Shown here: positions 10,063 through 19,692 of the stretch, one piece after another
Position numbering within the stretch: the stretch's first letter is position 1
How the letters are laid out: each line of letters begins with the position of its first letter
Origin: Candidatus Omnitrophota bacterium
GTDB lineage: Bacteria; Omnitrophota; Omnitrophia; Omnitrophales; Aquincolibacteriaceae
Direction of reading: 5' to 3'
DNA length: 64,000 nt
Assembly (NCBI GenBank): GCA_030698625.1
Contig: JAUYMS010000040.1
Location: 21,499 to 85,498, forward strand
The notes under the pieces: model-generated
Seen by the model: the letters and a program-made list of their open reading frames with translations, nothing else
Told to the model about the DNA's origin: nothing
Database searches by the model: none
Made by a program: the position numbers and the translations under genes

Positions 10063-11684
10063 TACTTCAGGGCACTCCACTTCTTTTCAGTATAGGCGCG
10101 CGTATCGTTCTTATTGAACTCGTAATTATACTTCGCAGCGAGCTCTGCAATTTCCGTTCCCCTCCACAGCCCCGGGACATCAATCAGGCCCTGTTTATAG
10201 GACATACGGAACAGATTCACTGAAGGATCAATGAACCCTTGGCGCACGCACTCCGTTAAAAGCTCCGAGCCTACGATCGGAACCGCAGCAAAGAAAGACG
10301 CACTGCTAAATTCACACTCCTGAGCAAAACGGTAGGTTGTTGCCATCTCTTCAAGGGTCTCGCCTTCATGCCCGAACATGGGCGGCATGCCGATGATGAA
10401 GTAGCCGTGCACGTGAAGACCGATCTGGCGGGCATATTTTATAAGGTGTTTAGTCTTCTCGAGATCAAGAGGCTTCTTTATGAGCTGGTCAAGGACACGC
10501 TGCACACCGCTCTCGATCGCGAACGTCAGCTGATAGGCACCGGAGGCCACCATCAAATCGAGTAGCTCTTCATCCATTCGCCAGAGCGCCGTGCCTTGCG
10601 GGGTTTGCCAAGGCAGGCCGATCTCCCGAAAAGAACGGAAAAGAATTTTCGCATGTTTCATGTCGTTGGTGATGTTGTCATCCTGAACATGGAACTCATT
10701 GATGCCGTACTGTTCCTTCAGCGCAATGATCTCTTCGACCACGTTCTCGGGACTGCGCCGCCTGAGTTTATTGCCCCAAAAATTGGTCGTGGTGCAAAAG
10801 GTGCAGTGTGCGCTGCATCCGCGGCTCGTGTAAATCTGTGCGACTCGGTCGCCCTTCGTGTAGGGAGACTGATAGGCGCGGTAATCAAAATATTTTTCCA
10901 TGTCATAAAGATGCCACGCGGGAAAGGGGATCTGATCCAATTCAGACCAATTATTCAAATCGTTCTTGGACCGTGAACTTATGAGCACGTTTTCGGAATT
11001 GATCTTGATTTCATCGCCCTGACGAAAAGCGATGCTCCCGATCTTTTCGACATCGTAGTTACCGTTAAGATGTTCGAGATATTGGAGAAACGTCAATTCC
11101 GACTCGCCCAAAAATACGACATCAAGATTAGGATCCGAGAGGCAGGCTTTGGGAAAGTAACGGGCATGAGCGCCGCCAATCGCCGTAACCACCCCGGGCT
11201 TGGCTTGTTTGGCAAGCTTCAGGAGGTTTTGGACATTGTCAGCTTGATTGCTGAAGATGCTTGAGACCCCAACGACGTCAGGGTTGAACTCGCGTATCGC
11301 CTCGATAACCCCTTCATCGTGAAGTCCGTAACTGATGAAGTTTCCCTCCGCATCAATGGGAATACCGTCATTGTAACCCTCAGCAAAAACATCAAGAATT
11401 TTGACGGTGTATTCATGATTCTCCAGCACGGCCGCGATGTAGCCGATGCCGAGGGGATAGGTGCATCTGGGGTAATCGTTTTTGAAGAGGGTCGCGGCCG
11501 GATTAAGAAGGAAGACGCGGTTAAACTTGCGGCGATGGGGGGAAGTTATAGCCTGGGGCATTGTGACCCATTTGCCGACTTTTGGGGTCCCCGGATCAAT
11601 CTCTTGCTTCCCGAGAGACCCCACCGTTAGACGTTGTTCATAACTCATGGTGGGCATTATAGGGATTCCTCGGCTCATTTCCAA
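10059..11684 (-). CDS. Cobalamin-binding radical SAM protein (541 aa)
   Basis: B12-domain-like N-terminus (VVGVSSIF...AIGGAHA), then [14 protein letters not shown] (CxxxCxxC). Its stop overlaps the cytidylyltransferase stop by 4 nt; the two genes are convergent. Confidence 0.8.
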   Translation of the reverse strand: MEMSRGIPIMPTMSYEQRLTVGSLGKQEIDPGTPKVGKWVTMPQAITSPHRRKFNRVFLLNPAATLFKNDYPRCTYPLGIGYIAAVLENHEYTVKILDVFAEGYNDGIPIDAEGNFISYGLHDEGVIEAIREFNPDVVGVSSIFSNQADNVQNLLKLAKQAKPGVVTAIGGAHARYFPKACLSDPNLDVVFLGESELTFLQYLEHLNGNYDVEKIGSIAFRQGDEIKINSENVLISSRSKNDLNNWSELDQIPFPAWHLYDMEKYFDYRAYQSPYTKGDRVAQIYTSRGCSAHCTFCTTTNFWGNKLRRRSPENVVEEIIALKEQYGINEFHVQDDNITNDMKHAKILFRSFREIGLPWQTPQGTALWRMDEELLDLMVASGAYQLTFAIESGVQRVLDQLIKKPLDLEKTKHLIKYARQIGLHVHGYFIIGMPPMFGHEGETLEEMATTYRFAQECEFSSASFFAAVPIVGSELLTECVRQGFIDPSVNLFRMSYKQGLIDVPGLWRGTEIAELAAKYNYEFNKNDTRAYTEKKWSALKY

Positions 11685-11736
11685 GGAGTGTTTTGTAACA
11701 TATTGTTATGAAATGAGTTAGGGGTAGTTTTAAGGC

Positions 11737-11765
11737 TTTGACGGTGTCGCCTATATTCGCTATCA
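11737..11765 (+). promoter_or_regulatory. Sigma70-like promoter TTGACG-17-TATCAT for the pepM operon
   Basis: ttgacg (11737-11742), a 17-nt spacer, then tatcat (11760-11765), inside the 100-bp divergent spacer. Confidence 0.35.
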
Positions 11766-11784
11766 TAGGCACCTATTCCACCGA

Positions 11785-13500
11785 GTGCCGGAGAGGGGCT
11801 ATCGTCCTATAATGAACAGAAAAACCACCCAACTGCGCCAGCTCTTTTCGCGGGGCGGCATCATCCGCGTTATGGGAGCGCACGACGGTTTAGGTGCGCG
11901 CCTCATCGAGCGCAATGGTTTCGATGCCGTCTGGTCGAGCGGACTGGAAATCTCCACAGCGCATGCACTCCCCGACGCCAATCTCCTAACCATGACTGAG
12001 AATCTGGCTGCAGCACAAGGCATTAACGATGCCACCCATCTACCCGTCATCTGCGATTGCGATACCGGATACGGCAACTCAACCAATGTCATGCACATGG
12101 TTAAGAAATACGAAGCTGCCGGACTGGCGGCCGTCGTGATTGAAGATAAACGTTTTCCTAAAATAAACAGCTTTATTCCCGGCAGACAGGAACTTGCAGG
12201 GATCCATGAATTCGCAGGCAAACTTCAGGCGGCAAAGAGCGTTCAAAATGATCCTGATTTTATGGTCATTGCGCGCACCGAAGCGCTCATCGCCGGATGG
12301 GGAATGGATGAGGCATTGCGGCGCGCGATTGCCTACGAGCAGGCGGGCGCGGATGCGATTGTCATTCATTCCCGGTCCCGCATGCCGGACGAAGTCTATG
12401 AATTTGCTTCTAAGTGGAAGGGGTCGGTTCCCTTGATCGCCATCCCCACGATGTATCCCGATGTGACCGCAGCTCAACTTGAAGCCGCCGGTTACGGCAT
12501 GGTCATCTATGCCAATCACGGTCTACGGGCATCGATACGCGCCATGGATGAAGTCATGCGACTGATTGCGGAAACGGGATCTTTGACCGCCGTTGAGGGA
12601 AAGATCGCCGGGATGGATGAGGTTTTTGAAATTCAGCGTATGACTGCCATGCGGGAAGACGAGAAGAGATTTACGGGAAGGGAGTCGTTAAATGCTGTGA
12701 TCCCGGCGGCCGGCAATCACGCCCTCGAATCCGATTTGGGAGATGTCCTCGGAGACAAACCCGTTTGCATGCTGAATGTCGGCGCCAAAACACTCATTGA
12801 CCGGCAGACGGATCTATTGCGCTCGGCGGGAGTCAGCGACATTTGGATCGTGGGCGGTCATCAGCATGACAAAATCCGCTCCGATGGTTCTCATATCATT
12901 CACAATCCCCGATACGACACTTGTCATAATGCCTACTCACTGATGCAGGCCGAAGCGCATATGGGGACACGATGCGTCGTGGCTTATTCGGATATCATTT
13001 ATGATCGCCAAATTCTTAATCATCTGCTCATGAGTCCGCATGACATTACACTCGTTATGGATCGTGCGTATCAGACGCTTCCGGCGCGAGATAAAAAACA
13101 TGATTTGGTGATCGCAGAAAATTCATCCGTGGGGTTTGAGTCGCGGCGGCTCGACGCCAGTCTCTTCCTTCCGGTGCGCCGTATCGGAAAGGAACTCGAC
13201 AAGGCTCGGGCCAATTATGAATTCATCGGACTGGCCTTATTTCAGGGGCAGGGCATTCATGAACTGCGAGCGGCCTGGCGTGACGCACTATCGAAATTCC
13301 GGGACAAGCAGTTTAACGAGGCCCCCTCGGCCGAAAAGGCTAGTTTGCCGGACCTGATTCAGTATCTCATTGAACGCGGTGCCGGCGTGTATGGCATGCA
13401 GATTGAGCACGGCTGGTCCGAGATTCAATCGAAAGAGGACTACCGCCGCGTAGACTCTTATTTTCAGCCGTCTTCGGCTCAGCCGTCTCAAGTCGTATGA
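11785..13500 (+). CDS. pepM: Phosphoenolpyruvate phosphomutase fused to a C-terminal nucleotidyltransferase domain
   Basis: PepM signature VVIEDKRFPKINSF (EDKxxxxxNS) and the isocitrate-lyase/PEP-mutase fold motifs in aa 1-290. Aa ~300-571 has VIPAAG...GDKP...VGG, an NTP-transferase-like fold. An alternative start is the ATG at 11812 (MNRKTTQLRQLF). Confidence 0.85.
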   Translation: MPERGYRPIMNRKTTQLRQLFSRGGIIRVMGAHDGLGARLIERNGFDAVWSSGLEISTAHALPDANLLTMTENLAAAQGINDATHLPVICDCDTGYGNSTNVMHMVKKYEAAGLAAVVIEDKRFPKINSFIPGRQELAGIHEFAGKLQAAKSVQNDPDFMVIARTEALIAGWGMDEALRRAIAYEQAGADAIVIHSRSRMPDEVYEFASKWKGSVPLIAIPTMYPDVTAAQLEAAGYGMVIYANHGLRASIRAMDEVMRLIAETGSLTAVEGKIAGMDEVFEIQRMTAMREDEKRFTGRESLNAVIPAAGNHALESDLGDVLGDKPVCMLNVGAKTLIDRQTDLLRSAGVSDIWIVGGHQHDKIRSDGSHIIHNPRYDTCHNAYSLMQAEAHMGTRCVVAYSDIIYDRQILNHLLMSPHDITLVMDRAYQTLPARDKKHDLVIAENSSVGFESRRLDASLFLPVRRIGKELDKARANYEFIGLALFQGQGIHELRAAWRDALSKFRDKQFNEAPSAEKASLPDLIQYLIERGAGVYGMQIEHGWSEIQSKEDYRRVDSYFQPSSAQPSQVV

Positions 13501-14606
13501 TCGAATCCGGCACGTTCGTGCAACAACTCAAGAATGAAGGTTTTCGTTTTTTTACGGGCGTGCCTTGTTCCTTCTTTCAATCTGCGATCAACGCTGTGGT
13601 TGACGACAAGTCTTTGAAGTATGTCACCGTACCAAACGAAGGCGCGGCCTTGGCTGCGGCATCGGGCGCCATACTTGCCGGAGAACCCGCTGTAGTCCTA
13701 ATTCAGAACTCCGGTTTTGGCAATTTGATCAACCCGCTGACATCGCTGAATATGATTTATGGGCTGGGTGTTCTTATATTTATCAGCGGGCGCGCCTATG
13801 GCGTCGCCGATGAACCGCAACACGAAATTATCGGTAAGTCTATGGCAGGAATGCTCGACGCGATGGGTGTTGCTTTCGAAGACCTGCCTTCCGAGCCCGA
13901 GGCGCTACGGTCTGCTTTGGGACGTGCGCACCTGTGGATCCGGAACGAAAAGCAGCCCTTTGTTTTCTTTGTGCGCAAGGACACCCTTTTGGAATACGCC
14001 GGGCCATCCGGCAAAGACGTCTACCCGCTAAAACGAATTGATGCCATAAAGATCATTGCGGAATCGATAGGGGACAATGACTATGTCGTTGCGACCACGG
14101 GCAAGCCGTCACGCGAACTCTTCAAGATCAAGGATAGGGTCCGCAATTTTTACATGCAGGGTTCCATGGGGCATGCGGCGGCAATTGGTTTGGGGGCTGC
14201 ACTCAGTCGTCCGGATGAGAGGATTATCGTCCTGGACGGTGACGGCGCCATTTTGATGCACCTCGGTATCCTCTCTTCGATTGGGCATTACCGGCCAAAG
14301 AACTTCTATCATATTGTTCTCGACAACGAGGCTTACGAATCAACGGGCGGCCAAGATACGACCTCTGCCTCCTCCGATTTGTGCGCTGTGGCGCATGCAT
14401 GCGGCTATGTTTGGACTAAAGAAACGTCTACAGCAGATGAGTTAAAGCGCAGCCTTGAAGAGCTCAAAGGAATTGAAGGGCCGTGTTTTTTAAGAGTTAA
14501 GATCAACCGTATTGCTACACCCGATGTCCCGCGCATATCGGGAAAGCACAGTTCACGTGATATCGCCTCGCATTTCTCCGAAGAACTGGCCAGGGGGCGC
14601 ACTTGA
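13497..14606 (+). CDS. ppd: Phosphonopyruvate decarboxylase (ThDP-dependent)
   Basis: 369 aa. ThDP motif LDGDGAILMHLG...NEAYESTGGQ. ATGA overlap with pepM. pepM-ppd synteny is canonical. Confidence 0.8.
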   Translation: MIESGTFVQQLKNEGFRFFTGVPCSFFQSAINAVVDDKSLKYVTVPNEGAALAAASGAILAGEPAVVLIQNSGFGNLINPLTSLNMIYGLGVLIFISGRAYGVADEPQHEIIGKSMAGMLDAMGVAFEDLPSEPEALRSALGRAHLWIRNEKQPFVFFVRKDTLLEYAGPSGKDVYPLKRIDAIKIIAESIGDNDYVVATTGKPSRELFKIKDRVRNFYMQGSMGHAAAIGLGAALSRPDERIIVLDGDGAILMHLGILSSIGHYRPKNFYHIVLDNEAYESTGGQDTTSASSDLCAVAHACGYVWTKETSTADELKRSLEELKGIEGPCFLRVKINRIATPDVPRISGKHSSRDIASHFSEELARGRT

Positions 14607-15739
14607 GTTGCGCTTACTGGAATCCTACGCGCCGTCTCATAGAAGAAGGTGCCCTCGACAAACTGGCTGAAGAACTATCAGCTTCCGGTGCCGCAAAGGT
14701 ATTGGTCGTGCTCGGCGAAAAATCATTTCGTAAGTCGATTCGCTACACAAAACTGCGCGATACGTTGGAACACTTTTCCCTTGTCGAATCTGAGCCCGTC
14801 GTCAAAGACCCTTCACTGGTATTCGCACAGTCATTTGCCGAAAAGTATCGCGGCAAGGCTATTGATAGCGTCGTGGCAATTGGCGGGGGCAGCGTCATGG
14901 ATATGGCGAAACTGACGGCGCTCCTGCTCAATCAGCCGGATGACACGTGGAACACTTTTTGGCGTGATCCGGTGGTACCGATTGAGTTTCCAAATGCGTC
15001 ACTCCCGCTCGTCGCGGTTCCTACAACGGCGGGCACGGGGAGCGAAGTCACTCAATACGCCTCTTTTGAGGATCACCAGCATCAAAAGATGAGCTTTGCT
15101 CACCCTTATCTTTTCCCAAAGCTTGCGCTCGTGGATCCTGAATTGGCCGTTTCGATGCCGCCTGCGATTACGGCCTCGACAGGATTTGACGCACTATCGC
15201 AAGCGATCGAGGCCTATTGGTCCATCCATCATATGCCTTCCTCAGACACCCATGCACTGCGGGCTATCCCGTTGGTTTTAGAACAGCTTCAGCGTGCCGT
15301 CGAAAAACCTGCCGATAGGGATGCTCGTTTCGCCATGGCAATTGCAGGCAACGAGGGGGGCCTAGCCATCGCACAGACACGGACGACAGCAGTTCATTCG
15401 GTTTCTTATCCCATGACGACGATATTTCACGTGCCGCATGGCCACGCTTGCGCCTTGACGCTTGCCTCATTCGTACGGTTCAACCAGGATGCGATTGAGC
15501 ACGAGCGAGCCGCCGCACTTTGGAGAGCTCTCGGGGCGGAGAACGCTGAAATGGCCGCTAAGCACATTGAGGGCCTTATGGATAATGTCGGACTCGAGCG
15601 CCGACTGAGTCAAGTAGGCATTGATGAGGAAGGACTGGAGTCCATTGTAAAATATGGGTTTAGACCGGATCGTGTAAAGAATAACCCAAGAGAACTCAAT
15701 GCCTCTCAATTAAGAACAATGCTTGTGGAAATTCTTTGA
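14603..15739 (+). CDS. Iron-containing alcohol dehydrogenase (phosphonoacetaldehyde reductase candidate, FomC/PhpC-like)
   Basis: Fe-ADH family: GGGSVMDMAKL. Positioned directly after ppd. TTG start overlaps the ppd stop. Confidence 0.7.
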   Translation: MSCAYWNPTRRLIEEGALDKLAEELSASGAAKVLVVLGEKSFRKSIRYTKLRDTLEHFSLVESEPVVKDPSLVFAQSFAEKYRGKAIDSVVAIGGGSVMDMAKLTALLLNQPDDTWNTFWRDPVVPIEFPNASLPLVAVPTTAGTGSEVTQYASFEDHQHQKMSFAHPYLFPKLALVDPELAVSMPPAITASTGFDALSQAIEAYWSIHHMPSSDTHALRAIPLVLEQLQRAVEKPADRDARFAMAIAGNEGGLAIAQTRTTAVHSVSYPMTTIFHVPHGHACALTLASFVRFNQDAIEHERAAALWRALGAENAEMAAKHIEGLMDNVGLERRLSQVGIDEEGLESIVKYGFRPDRVKNNPRELNASQLRTMLVEIL

Positions 15740-15746
15740 CGCGAAA

Positions 15747-15773
15747 CATGTCTTCAAGTCGAGACTTGACCCC
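15747..15773 (+). repeat. REP-like hairpin element, copy 2
   Basis: catgtcttcaagtcgagacttgacccc, 8 nt after the ADH stop. Identical to the copy at 22142. Confidence 0.6.
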
Positions 15774-15838
15774 TCGTGATTTTTCGCTAGACTATACGAA
15801 ATCTTCAGTTATGGCGACTGGAACCGATATAAAGAGAT

Positions 15839-17377
15839 ATGACTAAGAGCGCTGAAAAACCTACGATTTGCCTGATTATACCCCCGTCGATTTTTCTGTT
15901 GGACGAGCGGGTCTTCATTAGCGTCGGCATTCTCAAGATTGCGGCGGTTCTAGAGAGGGAACATTACCCTGTGGACGTGCTAGACCTCTCGGGCGTTGAA
16001 AACTATGAAGCCGTTATTGAAGACCACATTAATAACAGCCCGGCCCGAATCTTTGGCGTTACGTCGACAACCCCGCAAATGCCGGCTACCGCGAGAATCG
16101 CAAGGCTAATTCGTAAGCTCGTTCCTGAAGGCAGATTGATTCTTGGCGGACCTCACGCAACGTTGGTCCATTCTGCTTTCAAGAAGGAAAGCATCGAAGG
16201 GAAAAAGGGGCGGGGAACAGTTGCTATGGATAGCATTCTAGCACTCTATGACGTTGCCGTAGTCGGTGACGGTGAAGACGCCATCTTTGAAGCCATTGCT
16301 GAAAATCCGTCGCAGATCGTGGACGCAAATGACCGCACATCCAGGCTTTTTTTGACTAACCAAAGATATGACAGCCTTCCGTTTCCCGCGCGCCATCTCA
16401 TCGATATCGACAGCTATCATTATTTTATAGAGGGACATCGCACGACAAGCCTTATTGCTCAGCTTGGCTGCCCCTTTGAATGCGGTTTCTGCGGGGGACG
16501 GCAATCGCCGATGTTGAGAAATATCCGTATGCGCAGTATGGACAGCATCATTGAAGAGATGCGGCACATCCATGTCACCTACGGGCATACCGGATTCATG
16601 TTTCACGATGACGAACTTAATGTGAATCCGAAAATGATCGAGCTTATGACCAAAATCGTTGACCTGCAAAAGGAACTCGGGGTTGATTTTCGGCTTCGCG
16701 GGTTTGTTAAAGCGGAACTCTTCAATGACCGGCAGGCGGAAGTGATGATGAAGGCCGGTTTCCGCTGGCTCCTGACCGGTTTTGAATCGGGAGACCGCAG
16801 GATCTTGACGAATATTAACAAAAAGGCGACCCGTGAAGACAATTCGCGCGCCGTACAGATCGCCAAAAAACAGGGCCTTAAAGTTAAAGCGCTTATGTCT
16901 ATCGGGCATCCCGGCGAAAGCGAAGAGTCCGTCATGGCCACACGCGACTGGCTACTTGAAGCAGAACCGGAGGATTTTGACGTCACCATTATTACCACTT
17001 ATCCGGGCACGCCTTATTATGATTTTGCCGTACCGCATCCGGAAAAACATGGGATCTGGGTCTACACCTACAAGAAAACAGGGGACAAGCTCTACAGCCT
17101 TGAAGTCGATTACAATGAAGTAGCCGATTACTACAAAGGAGATCCTGACGGCGGCTATAAATCGTATGTGTATACCGACCACTTGAGTCAGAATGACCTG
17201 GTCGATTTGCGTGATTTTGTAGAAAGAGATGTTCGGGATCGCCTTGAAATTCCTTTCTACGCTGGTTCGCCCAGCATCCGCTATGAGCACTCTATGGGCC
17301 AATTCGGCAAACAGCTCCCGCCCAATATCCTAAGGCGTTCCGGCGGGGGTGCCCATGAAAAGCTGCCCGTCAGTTAG
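15839..17377 (+). CDS. Cobalamin-binding radical SAM protein (512 aa; Fom3-like methyltransferase candidate)
   Basis: N-terminal B12-binding-like region (FGVTSTTP...ILGGPHA), then GCPFECGFCGG (CxxxCxxC). Size matches class B radical-SAM methyltransferases. Confidence 0.8.
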   Translation: MTKSAEKPTICLIIPPSIFLLDERVFISVGILKIAAVLEREHYPVDVLDLSGVENYEAVIEDHINNSPARIFGVTSTTPQMPATARIARLIRKLVPEGRLILGGPHATLVHSAFKKESIEGKKGRGTVAMDSILALYDVAVVGDGEDAIFEAIAENPSQIVDANDRTSRLFLTNQRYDSLPFPARHLIDIDSYHYFIEGHRTTSLIAQLGCPFECGFCGGRQSPMLRNIRMRSMDSIIEEMRHIHVTYGHTGFMFHDDELNVNPKMIELMTKIVDLQKELGVDFRLRGFVKAELFNDRQAEVMMKAGFRWLLTGFESGDRRILTNINKKATREDNSRAVQIAKKQGLKVKALMSIGHPGESEESVMATRDWLLEAEPEDFDVTIITTYPGTPYYDFAVPHPEKHGIWVYTYKKTGDKLYSLEVDYNEVADYYKGDPDGGYKSYVYTDHLSQNDLVDLRDFVERDVRDRLEIPFYAGSPSIRYEHSMGQFGKQLPPNILRRSGGGAHEKLPVS

Positions 17378-17388
17378 AATCTGCGACC

Positions 17389-18345
17389 GTGTTCCTGATT
17401 GATTCTTACATCCGAGACCGCCTTGTAAGAAAGGTGCGTGCAAAGAAAGAAAAAATCGCCCGTTTGGGAACTCCCTATACAGAGAATCCCAAAGTTTCAG
17501 CGGTTGTCACCTCGTACAATCACAGGGCCAACATCAAGCCGATTCTCGAAGCTTACAGAGCCGCAGACCTTGAGGAATTGATCGTTTGCGAAGATGGTTC
17601 CCTCGACGGCTCCCGCGACGAATGGCTCAAGCATCTGCTTAGGCCGAATGATTTCCTGATTGTCTCCAACGAACTGAATGAACTTCGGATCTACAATCGC
17701 GCCATCAGTCTCGCTCGCGGAGAAATAGTGATCGTCAATCAGGACGACGATATTCCCCCCCAAGACGCAAGTTGGATTCGTGATGCGGTACGCCTTTTCG
17801 ACAAGTATCCGCGGTTGGCGATTTTGGGTGCGTTGGAGGGCGCTCAACAGCCAATCTTTACCCTCGACAATTACTACCGCGTCAAATCTCTGGCTGAGCG
17901 TCTCGGGCAGGCAAAATTCAGAATACCCCGTAAAGAGATACAACATCGCGATCCCGAACTCGGAGTCGGTTTTATGTTCATCGATGTCGTCAATAACGGG
18001 CCGCTGATCTTCCGCAGACAGGCTTATCTCGAACTCGGAGGCCTGGATACGTCTCGTAGTAAGGCAGGGGAATCCATGATGTTTATGGATTACGATCTTT
18101 GTTATCGTGCTTGGCTTGCCGGTTGGCAGGTGGGGCTCTATGAGCACGCTCCGTTTGTGACCAATGCGGGCCAGCGAGCCTCGGTTCTTTTTGCCCATGG
18201 GGATCGTAAGAAGCGCGGGAAGGAAACTCGCGAATACCTGAATCAAGCTTATTCACACGTCTATGAGGATGTCGGGAGCCGGGCACGTCGGTTGAACGAG
18301 GAGTTTCTCACCTTGGCTGATCACAAAGAAACGGTGAATAGTTGA
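17389..18345 (+). CDS. GT-A fold glycosyltransferase (GT2-like)
   Basis: VVTSYNH...CEDGSLDGS...NQDDD. Paralog of the ORF at 28811. GTG start. Confidence 0.6.
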   Translation: MFLIDSYIRDRLVRKVRAKKEKIARLGTPYTENPKVSAVVTSYNHRANIKPILEAYRAADLEELIVCEDGSLDGSRDEWLKHLLRPNDFLIVSNELNELRIYNRAISLARGEIVIVNQDDDIPPQDASWIRDAVRLFDKYPRLAILGALEGAQQPIFTLDNYYRVKSLAERLGQAKFRIPRKEIQHRDPELGVGFMFIDVVNNGPLIFRRQAYLELGGLDTSRSKAGESMMFMDYDLCYRAWLAGWQVGLYEHAPFVTNAGQRASVLFAHGDRKKRGKETREYLNQAYSHVYEDVGSRARRLNEEFLTLADHKETVNS

Positions 18346-19691
18346 AACCTACGGTTCAGAGGAATGTCTCGGTTGTTGGGCTCGGAAAGCTCGGGTTTCC
18401 GTTCTCTGTTTGTCTTGCCAATAAGGGATTTAACGTCTGGGCCGTCGACAACGATGCCGTAAAATTACGCACCCTCAAGGCTGGGCATTCGATGCAGTAT
18501 GAACCGGGCTTGCGGGCGTTATGGCACAAGTCACGCAAGCGGGTGCACCTCACCGCAGATTACGCGGAAGCGATAGCGAATACTAATATTACATTCGTGG
18601 TAGTTCCTACCCCGAGCAAGAAGGACGGCAGCTTTACATCCCGTTATGTTCTGGACGCCTGCCGCAAAATCGGAAAAGTCCTGAAGGATAAAAAACGTTT
18701 TCATTTAGTCGTCATCACAAGCACCGTGGTTCCGGGCACGGTGGACACGAAAATCCGGTCTGCTCTCGAGGCCGAATCCCGCAAGAAGTGCGGTGCCGGA
18801 TTCGGCCTTTGCTACAATCCGGAGTTTATCGCATTAGGCAGCGTCATCCACGACCTGTACCACCCCGATTTCGTTCTCATCGGCGAGTCTGACAAAAAGT
18901 CGGGGGACCTTCTGTCTACCGTGTACGCGAAATTCTGCGGGAAGCATGTCCCGCTTGCCAGAATGAACTTCAGTAATGCGGAGCTGACAAAACTGACGCT
19001 GAATGCCTTCGTCACAATGAAGATATCCTACGCCAATATGATTAAACAGTTCTGCGAGGGACTTCCCGGCGGAAATGTGGATGTGGTGACCGGTGCCCTC
19101 GGACTCGACAGGCGCATCGGCTCCCGCTACTTGAAGGGCGGCCTCGGCTACGGGGGCCCATGCTTCCCAAGAGACAATCTGGCATTACTGCATACGGCCC
19201 ATAAGATGTCTGTGAGGGGGAGTCTTCCGGAGGCCACGCACGAATTCAACAAACGTGAGATTCACCGCCTAGCCAAGCTTGTGATCGAAAAGCTGCCGCG
19301 AGGAGGCAAGGTCGGAATTCTGGGTCTTTCTTACAAGCCGAACACGAATGTTGCCGATGAAGCCCAGGGCGTTTTGCTGGCACGTTTTCTGGCGCGCAAA
19401 CGTATTCCCGTAATTGTGTATGACCCCGTAGCCACCGATAACGCCCGTAAATTACTCACATCAAGAGTTGAATTTGCCTCATCAAAGGCCGAATGCTTGT
19501 CGCAGGCAGATATCGCTGTCATCACGACTCCGTGGGAAAGATTCAAGCGCTTGAGGGGCACGGACTTTAAGCGATCAAAGCGCAAGCCGATCGTGATTGA
19601 TTGCTGGCGTATTCTGGACACCGCCAAGCTCCGGAACCATGTGGAGTACTTGCCGCTCGGCGTCGGGCGAGAAATAACGGTTCACACATAG
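18342..19691 (+). CDS. NDP-sugar 6-dehydrogenase (UDP-glucose/GDP-mannose dehydrogenase family)
   Basis: VVGLGKLG Rossmann motif. Catalytic-Cys motif GYGGPCFPRDN (cf. GGSCFPKD). 449 aa. Confidence 0.8.
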   Translation: MKPTVQRNVSVVGLGKLGFPFSVCLANKGFNVWAVDNDAVKLRTLKAGHSMQYEPGLRALWHKSRKRVHLTADYAEAIANTNITFVVVPTPSKKDGSFTSRYVLDACRKIGKVLKDKKRFHLVVITSTVVPGTVDTKIRSALEAESRKKCGAGFGLCYNPEFIALGSVIHDLYHPDFVLIGESDKKSGDLLSTVYAKFCGKHVPLARMNFSNAELTKLTLNAFVTMKISYANMIKQFCEGLPGGNVDVVTGALGLDRRIGSRYLKGGLGYGGPCFPRDNLALLHTAHKMSVRGSLPEATHEFNKREIHRLAKLVIEKLPRGGKVGILGLSYKPNTNVADEAQGVLLARFLARKRIPVIVYDPVATDNARKLLTSRVEFASSKAECLSQADIAVITTPWERFKRLRGTDFKRSKRKPIVIDCWRILDTAKLRNHVEYLPLGVGREITVHT

Positions 19692-19692
19692 A

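Noticed and set aside
12079-12519. 146-aa minus-strand ORF inside pepM
   Set aside because: Shadow ORF opposite the PepM catalytic core (the EDK motif region).
15747-15773. REP hairpins considered as rho-independent terminators
   Set aside because: The stems are GC-poor (GTCAAGT), only 7 bp long, and not followed by a U-tract. The multi-copy identical flanks fit REP elements better.
16238-16909. 223-aa minus-strand ORF inside the radical-SAM gene at 15839
   Set aside because: Shadow ORF. The plus-strand frame carries the CxxxCxxC motif.
17497-18246. 249-aa minus-strand ORF opposite the GT2 gene at 17389
   Set aside because: Shadow ORF. The plus-strand frame has GT-A motifs and a paralog at 28811.
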